Below, piece after piece: positions 1-6,758 of a stretch of 20,000 bases of DNA. Positions within the stretch are counted from its first letter, which is position 1. The number at the start of each line of letters is the position of its first letter. This DNA is from an uncultured virus (IMG/VR IMGVR_UViG_3300010970_000163) (taxonomy: Duplodnaviria; Heunggongvirae; Uroviricota; Caudoviricetes). The stretch lies in the IMG/VR virus record IMGVR_UViG_3300010970_000163; one strand, written 5' to 3'. Below the pieces are notes generated by a model, which was not told where the DNA came from, did no database searches, and saw only the letters and a list, made by a program, of their open reading frames with translations. The translations under genes were made by a program, and so were the position numbers.

Positions 1-10
1 CACGAGCGTG

Positions 11-157
11 TTATGATCCACAGTAGAGGCATCCCTCCTCGTCATCATCATTTTGATTTAAGGAGGTGCGTAGAGCCTCCATTTCTACCTGAGCATCCGT
101 CCAATCAGGGTGCATATTCTTAATTAGGTGTTTTAAAAACATCAAGTTATTTTCCAT
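11..157 (-). CDS. Small hypothetical protein (48 aa) with acidic C-terminal CxxCGS tail
   Basis: Translated by hand (below ORF-track cutoff): MENNLMFLKHLIKNMHPDWTDAQVEMEALRTSLNQNDDDEEGCLYCGS*; A-rich leader (AAAAAAT-ATG); overlaps the stop of the upstream micro-ORF. Confidence 0.7.
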   Translation of the reverse strand: MENNLMFLKHLIKNMHPDWTDAQVEMEALRTSLNQNDDDEEGCLYCGS

Positions 158-239
158 ATTTTTTATCTTCTTCGTATTCGTAATCCATTAAAGTAACAAT
201 CACAGGAGTGTAAGTCTCTGTTTCTTCATTGTATGTCAT
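147..239 (-). CDS. Possible micro-ORF (30 aa)
   Basis: MTYNEETETYTPVIVTLMDYEYEEDKKYGK*; fills the gap and overlaps both neighbouring genes, consistent with translational coupling. Confidence 0.4.
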   Translation of the reverse strand: MTYNEETETYTPVIVTLMDYEYEEDKKYGK

Positions 240-465
240 CCATAGCTCTTCGTAAGTATACGGCAAGGTCGAGGGCTTCTTCATAGGCTTCTTTTATCCA
301 ATCTTTCAAAATTAAGTCTTTTCGATCAACTGTGGTCCCATATTCTTTCAAACCTTTTTCCTCTCTCTTACGAAGATCTGCAATTACACTTTCAAGAGTA
401 TTTGAACTTTTTTCATCCTTGTAATTGTACTTGATTTTGCTTATAGTTGTCTTACTCTGCTCCAT
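226..465 (-). CDS. Small phage protein, putative all-alpha nucleotide pyrophosphohydrolase-like (MazG-like)
   Basis: Motif KGLKEYGTTVDRKDL...WIKEAYEEALDLAVYL with an EExxD acidic helix; likely start is ATG at 465 (MEQSK), overlapping the upstream stop, rather than 501. Confidence 0.6.
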   Translation of the reverse strand: MEQSKTTISKIKYNYKDEKSSNTLESVIADLRKREEKGLKEYGTTVDRKDLILKDWIKEAYEEALDLAVYLRRAMDDIQ

Positions 466-688
466 GTGTTTCGTAGTGTTTAACAATAATATCTTCAACA
501 AATCTTTTCTTCATCTCGTTCCAACCACCCCAATCTGTCTCACTTGAAGATGGGTGAGCGTCTACTTCATATGCCGTTCCTGCGAAGTTTACGATCTTCG
601 TTAGAGTGTATGAGTACTTCATGTCTAAAATAACTTCACCATTAAAATGGTAGATAGTTTGATGCGGTTTGTCAATTGTAATTTCCAT
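452..688 (-). CDS. Hypothetical protein (78 aa)
   Basis: ORF tightly packed in the leftward operon; AAAAACACA-ATG leader. Confidence 0.7.
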   Translation of the reverse strand: MEITIDKPHQTIYHFNGEVILDMKYSYTLTKIVNFAGTAYEVDAHPSSSETDWGGWNEMKKRFVEDIIVKHYETHGAE

Positions 689-695
689 TGTGTTT

Positions 696-1208
696 TTAGT
701 GTTTGATTTTTAACTTGAAGATTAAATCGTTATATGCCTGTCTTGGTTGGCGGTATCCAAGCTCCTCCATTTTTTCAACAAAGTACTGGACGATCATTCT
801 ATCTTTCCATGATGTTTCCATAGAGTCCTGAAACATATTAATTCCGTGCAGAATGGTGGCGTGATTTTTATTTCCAAACTCACTACCAATACCCTCTAAT
901 GTTACAGGTAATGTTTTGTACATCATCCAATATACTAAACGTCTGTAGAGAATATTCTCTTCTTTTCTATTCATCTCACCTGTCGCGTTATAAACTTTGA
1001 TAGCTAAATCTTTCATGAGATCAATGTAGCTCCTCATATTAGTTCCTAAAGCAACATTGTGTATCACATGACTAAACTTATCAGCTTCTTCTTTTAAGTG
1101 AGGAACATAAAGAATTAGATCGTGAATGAATCTTTCTTTCCTCTCATTCGGCACATACTCTAAGATGTCTCCAAAGTGAATTTCTTTTTTTTCTTTTTCT
1201 GTTGTCAT
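696..1208 (-). CDS. Protein with a DnaA C-terminal (domain IV) helix-turn-helix-like domain
   Basis: RRLVYWMMYKTLPVTLEGIGSEFGNKNHATILHG resembles the DnaA signature SLxxIGxxFGxRDHTTVLH; no AAA+ domain. Confidence 0.7.
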   Translation of the reverse strand: MTTEKEKKEIHFGDILEYVPNERKERFIHDLILYVPHLKEEADKFSHVIHNVALGTNMRSYIDLMKDLAIKVYNATGEMNRKEENILYRRLVYWMMYKTLPVTLEGIGSEFGNKNHATILHGINMFQDSMETSWKDRMIVQYFVEKMEELGYRQPRQAYNDLIFKLKIKH

Positions 1209-1220
1209 TTGTTTTTTTTG

Positions 1221-1670
1221 TTATTTGATTTGATTAAACATTTCCTTTACTTGATCTAGTGAGTGTTTTTGAATAAAATCCCAGTAGACGAATTTGTATA
1301 AATTATGTAGATATTTCTCTCGGTATTTTTCAGTACTATTTGGCTTTCCGAGACCAAGCTCCTTGCAAGTTCGATTACTTGCGTTTTTCTTGATGTTTTC
1401 ATTTACTTCTTTTTGTATCAAATTATTATTTCGCAAATATCTAACATTTTTCTCACAAAATGCAAATAAAACTTCAATTATTTCTACATATTTTTTATCA
1501 ACACAGATATAAACAGCCTCGACATTCTCGTAGAAGTCTTGTTTTGAGCCACTTAGCTCCCCGTTCTTATAGGATGTAATTGCCACCTGTCTAAGTCCGT
1601 ATTGAAATGCCGGATCAGAATGGTATATCTTCGTTTCCATAAACGTCATCATTTTTTTGTTCATAATCAT
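1221..1670 (-). CDS. Hypothetical protein (start uncertain, ATGs from 1640 to 1670)
   Basis: Co-oriented ORF overlapping the primase-helicase stop. Confidence 0.7.
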   Translation of the reverse strand: MIMNKKMMTFMETKIYHSDPAFQYGLRQVAITSYKNGELSGSKQDFYENVEAVYICVDKKYVEIIEVLFAFCEKNVRYLRNNNLIQKEVNENIKKNASNRTCKELGLGKPNSTEKYREKYLHNLYKFVYWDFIQKHSLDQVKEMFNQIK

Positions 1671-3363
1671 TTATTGGACTAAAACGCTCCTCGCTTCCAA
1701 TCTCAGTGAAACGCTTGCACTTTACATCGTATAGGAATCGCACCTCTCCAACTCTTCCCACAAAAGACCACCTAATCTTCTGAATGTGGACCTGTGTCTC
1801 TCCAGTTGCGTAATCTCTATAGACCACAAAACCATTGTCACATTTGTTGAAGAAATGTGCTGAACCTGCGATGTCGTAGAGAGTAGGGACAACATAGGCT
1901 CCATTCTCTTTTCTAATTTTTGTCGGGTGTGCGACAAGGAAAACGTGTACTCCATAACGATCTTTAAATCTTTTTACTTTTGTTAATGCCTCTGATATAT
2001 ATTGTGTCTCGCTCATACCTTTCGGCACTTGGTGTTCTACATAGTTCCAAGGATCTATTACGAGACAATTGATTCCGTTTCTTTTCACAAGTTCTGCTGC
2101 TTTGTCGAGGATACCATCAATGGTAACATCCATCTCATCGATCTTCATAAAGAAGAACATGTCCTCCACAAATTCACGGGCAACATCAACCTCCTTCTCA
2201 GTCATCTTATTAATCGGATTGTAGGAGAAGAAAGACTTGCCTATAAATAACTCAGCCAACTCTGTGAATAGAATCTCTGTAGGTTGCTTCTCAGGAGAGA
2301 ACATGGCCACCTTCCATGAGTGCTTTGCGGCAAGTCGTACAATAATATTACTTAAAAATGTAGACTTACCAGCGTTGGGAGTACCTGTAATTATTGTAAA
2401 CTCTGAACCTCTAAAAGAAATATGTTCATCAAGCATTGGATAGCCAGCCTTAAGACCTGTTGGAAAACCGTTAAGATATATATCGTTTATCTTATCACGT
2501 ACATCATTTACTTTTTCTATTCCTTCTATCGGTATCTGATAAGCCTCAGCTATTACTTTTTGTAGCATCTCAGGACCGTATGTGAGAAGAATCTCATTGG
2601 CATCCTTACATCCGTCAATAGAATTTACATACCATATTCTCTCTCTACCAAGTCTCCTTGTCAACTCATCGCGTAGAGAAAGTCCTGCTGAATCGTTATC
2701 GGTAAAAATGATGATTTTATCCTTGTCTGCAAAGTCATCAATACAGTTATCGAGATACTTTAAGTTCTGATTACCTTTTGAAGCCCCGTTTGGGACGCTT
2801 ACGACAGGGTAGATTCCACTTTCGTGCATCGAGAGGCAGTCCATTTCACCTTCAACGATTACACACCATTTATAGCCCTCTAATGAGGTCAGATTGTAAA
2901 GGATCAATTCTGCCCCTGATACCATTCTGAAATTCTTCTCAGCGTCTCGGTATTTTACATTGACAAGAATGTTATTTTTAAAGTAGTTGAAGCAGATAGC
3001 ATTTCTCTTCTTTTGAACCTGAGGAAAGAACTGCTCCTCCTCCGTGATTTTAAATTGGAGAAGTGTGTTATTGGATATCCCTCTTGACTCAAACCAAGAT
3101 ACAACCTTATCGCTCACCTTCTGAAGTCGAGACACGGGCATTACATATTCAACTTTCTTCTCGTTTAGATTGACACTCTTGCCTTCTGATGCCGAGCATG
3201 ACGGGTAGTGACACTTGTACACTCCCATCTCCACGTTAACAGATAGACTCTTGTCCTTCTTGTTCGATCTGCCGTCCACACAGAAAGGGCAATTAACCTT
3301 CTGCTGTCCTGAGATGTCCTTGCACTTAATTCCTAGTGCTGTTATTTTTTGGTAGTTGCTCAT
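1615..3363 (-). CDS. Bifunctional DNA primase-helicase (T7 gp4/Twinkle-like: Zn finger, TOPRIM, SF4 helicase)
   Basis: CPFC...CHYPSC zinc finger; TOPRIM IVEGEMD, SVPNGA, FTDNDSAG, CKDANE; Walker A ITGTPNAGKS; VIDPWN; LVAHPTK; DIAGSAHF. Confidence 0.93.
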   Translation of the reverse strand: MSNYQKITALGIKCKDISGQQKVNCPFCVDGRSNKKDKSLSVNVEMGVYKCHYPSCSASEGKSVNLNEKKVEYVMPVSRLQKVSDKVVSWFESRGISNNTLLQFKITEEEQFFPQVQKKRNAICFNYFKNNILVNVKYRDAEKNFRMVSGAELILYNLTSLEGYKWCVIVEGEMDCLSMHESGIYPVVSVPNGASKGNQNLKYLDNCIDDFADKDKIIIFTDNDSAGLSLRDELTRRLGRERIWYVNSIDGCKDANEILLTYGPEMLQKVIAEAYQIPIEGIEKVNDVRDKINDIYLNGFPTGLKAGYPMLDEHISFRGSEFTIITGTPNAGKSTFLSNIIVRLAAKHSWKVAMFSPEKQPTEILFTELAELFIGKSFFSYNPINKMTEKEVDVAREFVEDMFFFMKIDEMDVTIDGILDKAAELVKRNGINCLVIDPWNYVEHQVPKGMSETQYISEALTKVKRFKDRYGVHVFLVAHPTKIRKENGAYVVPTLYDIAGSAHFFNKCDNGFVVYRDYATGETQVHIQKIRWSFVGRVGEVRFLYDVKCKRFTEIGSEERFSPINDYEQKNDDVYGNEDIPF

Positions 3364-4097
3364 ATTTTCTTGAAGTATCCTTGTTCTGCTCTATCGATTT
3401 CTTGTTGTGTTTTTAAATGCGTTCCTCCGAATATGTCTCTTACCTTAAACTTTCCCTCTTGAATCTTGTATTGATCCTTAAACCAATTGTTCCTCATCTT
3501 GCTCTTCCAGTTTAAGACTTTGTTGCCATAGCTATCGGTCCATCCTAAATCGACATAGTATCCATAACATTTGATTGCCGTTTCTTCGTTATAACCATTT
3601 TCTTTAAAGAACGCCTTTACTTCTTCCTCAGTGGGTGGCACAAAACTTTTCTTCTTCGATTTTGCCAATATATTATTTGTCTTTGTATTAACTTCTGTAT
3701 TTGTATTAATACTCTGTCTTTGTATAGGCATACTTTGACCGAGGTCGGCAAATGCCGATGTCGGCTTTTCCCGAGTGTCGGAATCTTCTAATATCGGCTC
3801 TTCGTACACAACGTGATTCCAGCCCTTAAACACCTTTGTCTTAGTGTCAATTACTTTTACGCTAACTATGTAACCCTTCTCTTGAAGCTGTTTAAACACA
3901 CGATCAATAGTACCCTTAGAGTCAGGCATATTTTCATGCAACTTTGATTTGTACAATATCCAATCTTCTGGCAATGAAAGCAAGTAAACAAGAAGACCTC
4001 TTTCCTCTATTGTTAAACTCTTTGATCTAAGAACATCGTTCTTAACCATTGTAAAATCTCTTATAGATTTTGCTCTTACAATTTGTCCTGTGTTCAT
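3360..4097 (-). CDS. Phage replication initiator / replisome organizer-like protein (N-terminal winged HTH)
   Basis: N-terminal FTMVKNDVLRSKSLTIEERGLLVYLLSLPEDW...LQEKGY; low-complexity linker containing iteron-like repeats; C-terminal FVPPTEEEV...GW...NWK domain; ATGA overlap with the helicase. Confidence 0.75.
   Translation of the reverse strand: MNTGQIVRAKSIRDFTMVKNDVLRSKSLTIEERGLLVYLLSLPEDWILYKSKLHENMPDSKGTIDRVFKQLQEKGYIVSVKVIDTKTKVFKGWNHVVYEEPILEDSDTREKPTSAFADLGQSMPIQRQSINTNTEVNTKTNNILAKSKKKSFVPPTEEEVKAFFKENGYNEETAIKCYGYYVDLGWTDSYGNKVLNWKSKMRNNWFKDQYKIQEGKFKVRDIFGGTHLKTQQEIDRAEQGYFKKI
3739..3797. repeat. Palindromic iteron-like array, putative replication origin
   Basis: CCGAGGTCGG (3739), CCGATGTCGG (3755), CCGAGTGTCGG (3771), degenerate CTAATATCGG (3788); 16-bp spacing; adjacent AT-rich tract ~3665-3715. 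Confidence 0.65.
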
Positions 4098-4103
4098 AAT
4101 GTG

Positions 4104-4157
4104 AAAAAAAATGCCCCGAAGAACAGGGAGGTAGAGGACTCACCTATTCAACAGGGC
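4104..4157 (-). terminator. Intrinsic terminator/attenuator hairpin in the initiator-gene leader
   Basis: RNA GCCCUG-UU-GAAUAGG-U-GAG [UCCUCUAC] CUC-CCUGUUC-UU-CGGGGC then A-U8, ending 6 nt before the initiator AUG. Confidence 0.75.
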
Positions 4158-4195
4158 TAATATTTTTTGTTTATTTTGTCGGCCTCTACTCCAAC
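4104..4195 (-). ncRNA. Putative cis-regulatory two-hairpin (kissing-loop) leader RNA
   Basis: Hairpin 1 GUUGG[AGUAGAGG]CCGAC (4195-4178); its loop is perfectly complementary over 7 nt (GUAGAGG/CCUCUAC) to the terminator loop. Confidence 0.6.
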
Positions 4196-4199
4196 GAAA

Positions 4200-4231
4200 C
4201 AAATATAATGCTTTTTACGCTGCTCTCCAAA
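4200..4231 (-). promoter_or_regulatory. Bacteroidota primary-sigma promoter for the initiator/helicase operon
   Basis: TTTG (4231-4228) - N20 - TATATTTG (4207-4200), matching TTTG-N19-21-TAnnTTTG. Confidence 0.75.
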
Positions 4232-4433
4232 TACGAACACCGCCATCCATAGTTCTTGCGGTAAGCTCGTAGTTTCTTTTCTTCTTTTGGTAGAACAATT
4301 TAGCTAGGTACTTTGAAGTCTCTCCTTTAACGAAGAAAGAATCACCTACTTCTAATTCAGGCAAGATGTATTCTGTCTTGCGGCCTCTTCCACTGCTATC
4401 TGGGATCGGAATGTTTTTGTCAATATTCAACAT
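4215..4433 (-). CDS. Small putative DNA-binding phage protein
   Basis: IDKNIPIP...LEVGDSFFV...RTMDGGVRIWR motif seen in a widespread small phage protein family; first gene after the leftward promoter. Confidence 0.7.
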   Translation of the reverse strand: MLNIDKNIPIPDSSGRGRKTEYILPELEVGDSFFVKGETSKYLAKLFYQKKKRNYELTARTMDGGVRIWRAA

Positions 4434-4464
4434 GGTTTTTTTATTATGTGTGTTTTTACTTTTG

Positions 4465-4497
4465 CAAATGTAATGACATTCTTACAAATATTCCAAA
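4465..4497 (-). promoter_or_regulatory. Leftward Bacteroidota-type promoter
   Basis: TTTG (4497-4494) - N21 - TACATTTG (4472-4465), followed by CAAAA. Confidence 0.7.
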
Positions 4498-4573
4498 TAA
4501 ATTTTAATAACAAGTTAACCCACTCTTGTTGAAAACTATTAAAACCATTCCTTTACATTACAAACTTTATTGT

Positions 4574-4581
4574 TAAATTTG
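4574..4581 (+). promoter_or_regulatory. Rightward Bacteroidota-type -7 promoter element
   Basis: TAAATTTG(CAAAA) 20 nt upstream of the SSB start codon. Confidence 0.65.
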
Positions 4582-4600
4582 CAAAACAAAATTACATAAA

Positions 4601-4945
4601 ATGAATATTAAAGGAAAAATCAAATCGGTAGGCAACACCGAACAGAAGAGTGCCAAATTTGCAATCAGAACATTTGTTGTTGAGATTGAGGGTAAGTACC
4701 CGGAGTTGATTGAGTTTCAACTTGTAAACAACAACACGCTCATTATCGATCCATTTACGGCAGGAGATGAGGTTGATGTTCACTTCAATCTAAAAGGCAG
4801 AGAGTATAACGGAAGAGTATATAATTCTCTTCAGGCATGGAAGATTGAGGGAGAACCTAAATCAAACACAAATGAAACAGCAACACAAGAAAACGCCCCT
4901 CAGACCACAACCGAGACAAAAGAAGACGGAGACCTCCCATTCTAA
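4601..4945 (+). CDS. DUF3127-like single-stranded DNA-binding protein
   Basis: OB-fold-like IKGKIK...YPELIEFQL...GDEVDVHFNLKGREYNGRVYNSLQAWKIE; disordered linker; acidic tail EDGDLPF. Confidence 0.85.
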   Translation: MNIKGKIKSVGNTEQKSAKFAIRTFVVEIEGKYPELIEFQLVNNNTLIIDPFTAGDEVDVHFNLKGREYNGRVYNSLQAWKIEGEPKSNTNETATQENAPQTTTETKEDGDLPF

Positions 4946-4954
4946 TGTTAAAAG

Positions 4955-4982
4955 AAAGTCCCCCTTGTTTAGGGGGATTTTT
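4955..4982 (+). terminator. Intrinsic terminator after SSB (possibly bidirectional)
   Basis: AAAGTCCCCCT-TGTTT-AGGGGGATTTTT. Confidence 0.75.
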
Positions 4983-4983
4983 G

Positions 4984-4991
4984 TATTTTTG
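4984..4991 (+). promoter_or_regulatory. Possible -7 promoter element
   Basis: TATTTTTG just after the terminator and 15 nt before ATG 5007. Confidence 0.4.
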
Positions 4992-5006
4992 GATAAAATA
5001 AAATCT

Positions 5007-5348
5007 ATGTTCTTCAAATCCAAAAAGAAAAAAGAGGGGGATTTAACTCCATTGCCAGTTCTTTGCAGTACATATTGTGTTGTTTGGAATAGCGAAGAAG
5101 AGATTGAAAGTAATCCAGGTCAAGGCCTGTATGCAGACTTTGTTCCTATTATTTTTGATGTTACCAAGGTAACTGCAATACAAGCTGATGTAGAATTTAG
5201 AAATGATGGATCAGCGGCAGTGGGATCTAGAACATTGTTATACTTAGTAGGTTCTAGTGAGCCTTTGATAATTGACTGCCCGTATAATACTTTTGTAGAA
5301 TCATTCACTCTTTTAAAATCAAACGAAGCTTATAACAACACTAAGTGA
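5007..5348 (+). CDS. Hypothetical protein (113 aa)
   Basis: Start re-assigned to ATG 5007 (MFFKSK), because the 4845 start overlaps SSB and runs through the terminator. Confidence 0.7.
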   Translation: MFFKSKKKKEGDLTPLPVLCSTYCVVWNSEEEIESNPGQGLYADFVPIIFDVTKVTAIQADVEFRNDGSAAVGSRTLLYLVGSSEPLIIDCPYNTFVESFTLLKSNEAYNNTK

Positions 5349-5379
5349 TGTTTAACTTTAAATACTTTAAACAAGCTAT

Positions 5380-6537
5380 ATGACAATCTCCAAATTAGTA
5401 CAGTTACTTCACTCTAGGCCAGGTTATTTAAAGTCAGGTCCAAGTTACATAGCGAGAAAATTTAAAGTCAGTTTGAAGGACGCTACAGCAGCTTTAAAAT
5501 CTGCACGAGCTGAAAGAAATGAAGTTAATAGAAAAGTTGTAAAGGTTGAGCTAACCAATGATTCTGACAATGTTATAACTGAGTTTGAGCAGTATTTAGA
5601 TAAAAACGGTATTGATCATTCTATGGTTAATTCTGTTAAATACTGGCAAAATATGAAAGGAGAACAGAGGTTCTCTGTAGTAACAAAAAGCGAAAGAAGA
5701 GCAGAAGAGATTCAGAAAGATATTGAAGAGTTTGCGGCTAGTTACAGTCCTAAAGCTAGAGTAATAACTAAAGGTAGAGGACATGACTACAAAGTGAAGT
5801 CAACTTTAGAAATTTCTCTTCCTGATATTCACTACGGCAAGTTAACAGATATTACCCTAGAGGAAATGGAGAGGCAATTCCTTGACACAATTGAGGACTT
5901 AGTTAATAAGGGGAAAGGGTTGAATATTGAAAGAGTTCTTCTACCTATTGGAAATGACGGAATGAATACAGATGGAATGAGAATGTCTACAACAAAAGGG
6001 ACTCCTCAACATGATGTCATTGGATGGAAGGAATCATTTAAAGGTTATTGGACTCTAATAGTTAGGGCAGTAGATTTCTTAAAAGATGTAGCTCCAGTTG
6101 ATATAATTGTTGTATCTGGAAACCATGACTACGAGAGAATGTTTTATGCCGGAGATGTTTTAGCAGGTTGGTACCGCAACGATCCGAATGTAACTGTAGA
6201 TAACTCTACAATGCCTAGAAAATATTATAAGTACGGGAAAAACATGATAATGTTTACCCATGGAGATAATGAAAAACCTGCTGATATGCCACTAATAATG
6301 GCAACTGAGCAACCTGAGATGTTTGCGACAACTGAATTTAGAGAGGCTCATTGTGGGCATTATCATAAGGAACAGGTAAACGAATACCGAGGTGTTAAGG
6401 TGAGATTTCTCCCATCGATATGCGCATTAGATGAATGGCATAAAAAGATGGGTTATCAATCACTCAGAGCAGCTCAGGCATTTATTTGGAATCACGATGA
6501 AGGCCTTGAGGGGTATTTACAAAGTAATGTTAAATAA
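5380..6537 (+). CDS. Calcineurin-like metallophosphoesterase (possible nuclease) with N-terminal HTH-like extension
   Basis: Motifs DIHYG, GNDGMNTD, SGNHD, FTHGD, GHYH in canonical order. Confidence 0.85.
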   Translation: MTISKLVQLLHSRPGYLKSGPSYIARKFKVSLKDATAALKSARAERNEVNRKVVKVELTNDSDNVITEFEQYLDKNGIDHSMVNSVKYWQNMKGEQRFSVVTKSERRAEEIQKDIEEFAASYSPKARVITKGRGHDYKVKSTLEISLPDIHYGKLTDITLEEMERQFLDTIEDLVNKGKGLNIERVLLPIGNDGMNTDGMRMSTTKGTPQHDVIGWKESFKGYWTLIVRAVDFLKDVAPVDIIVVSGNHDYERMFYAGDVLAGWYRNDPNVTVDNSTMPRKYYKYGKNMIMFTHGDNEKPADMPLIMATEQPEMFATTEFREAHCGHYHKEQVNEYRGVKVRFLPSICALDEWHKKMGYQSLRAAQAFIWNHDEGLEGYLQSNVK

Positions 6538-6541
6538 AAAT

Positions 6542-6643
6542 ATGAAATTATACATTTTGTCATTTGACACTGCCTATGAGACAGTGAATACTGGAGAGGC
6601 AACATTATTGACTCCTAATTTTACACAGTTAAAAAATCACTAA
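6542..6643 (+). CDS. Possible micro-ORF (33 aa)
   Basis: MKLYILSFDTAYETVNTGEATLLTPNFTQLKNH; ATG 4 nt after the upstream stop with an A-rich leader. Confidence 0.4.
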   Translation: MKLYILSFDTAYETVNTGEATLLTPNFTQLKNH

Positions 6644-6644
6644 C

Positions 6645-6668
6645 AAAAAATGGGGTTCGTTAACCCCA
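6645..6668 (-). terminator. Intrinsic terminator oriented on the minus strand
   Basis: TGGGGTT-CGTT-AACCCCA stem; the U6 tail lies on the minus strand (plus A-run 6645-6650), with only CTTTCT on the plus side. Confidence 0.65.
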
Positions 6669-6718
6669 CTTTCTGCACACAAATAAAAAACACACATTAT
6701 AGGACCAGAACAGTCCTA
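6645..6718 (-). ncRNA. Putative antisense small RNA (~70 nt)
   Basis: Minus-strand TACTTTTG (6728-6721), 5' hairpin (6698-6720), GU-rich single-stranded segment, terminator; no minus-strand ORF here. Confidence 0.5.
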
Positions 6719-6720
6719 TA

Positions 6721-6728
6721 CAAAAGTA
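6721..6728 (-). promoter_or_regulatory. Antisense Bacteroidota-type -7 promoter element
   Basis: TACTTTTG on the minus strand; no clear -33 TTTG. Confidence 0.55.
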
Positions 6729-6758
6729 TCTCAATTTCACACACGAAAAAAACATTAT

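Noticed and set aside
22..30. AGTAGAGGC, the same 9-mer as the leader hairpin-1 loop; its minus-strand mRNA could pair with that loop
   Set aside because: A single 9-mer match in 40 kb of both strands is plausible by chance, and it encodes the CLYC motif
3739..3797. Mini-CRISPR interpretation of the palindromic repeats
   Set aside because: Repeats are 10-11 bp with ~6-bp spacers inside a CDS, and no cas genes are present
4098..4200. tRNA or known riboswitch in the structured intergenic regions
   Set aside because: No cloverleaf, T-loop or aptamer consensus recognisable by eye
4845..5006. N-terminal extension of ORF 4845..5348
   Set aside because: Overlaps SSB in another frame and crosses a terminator; ATG 5007 is more plausible
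6431..6541. 70-aa version of the ORF ending at 6643
   Set aside because: Overlaps the metallophosphoesterase by over 100 nt; only the 33-aa version from 6542 is plausible
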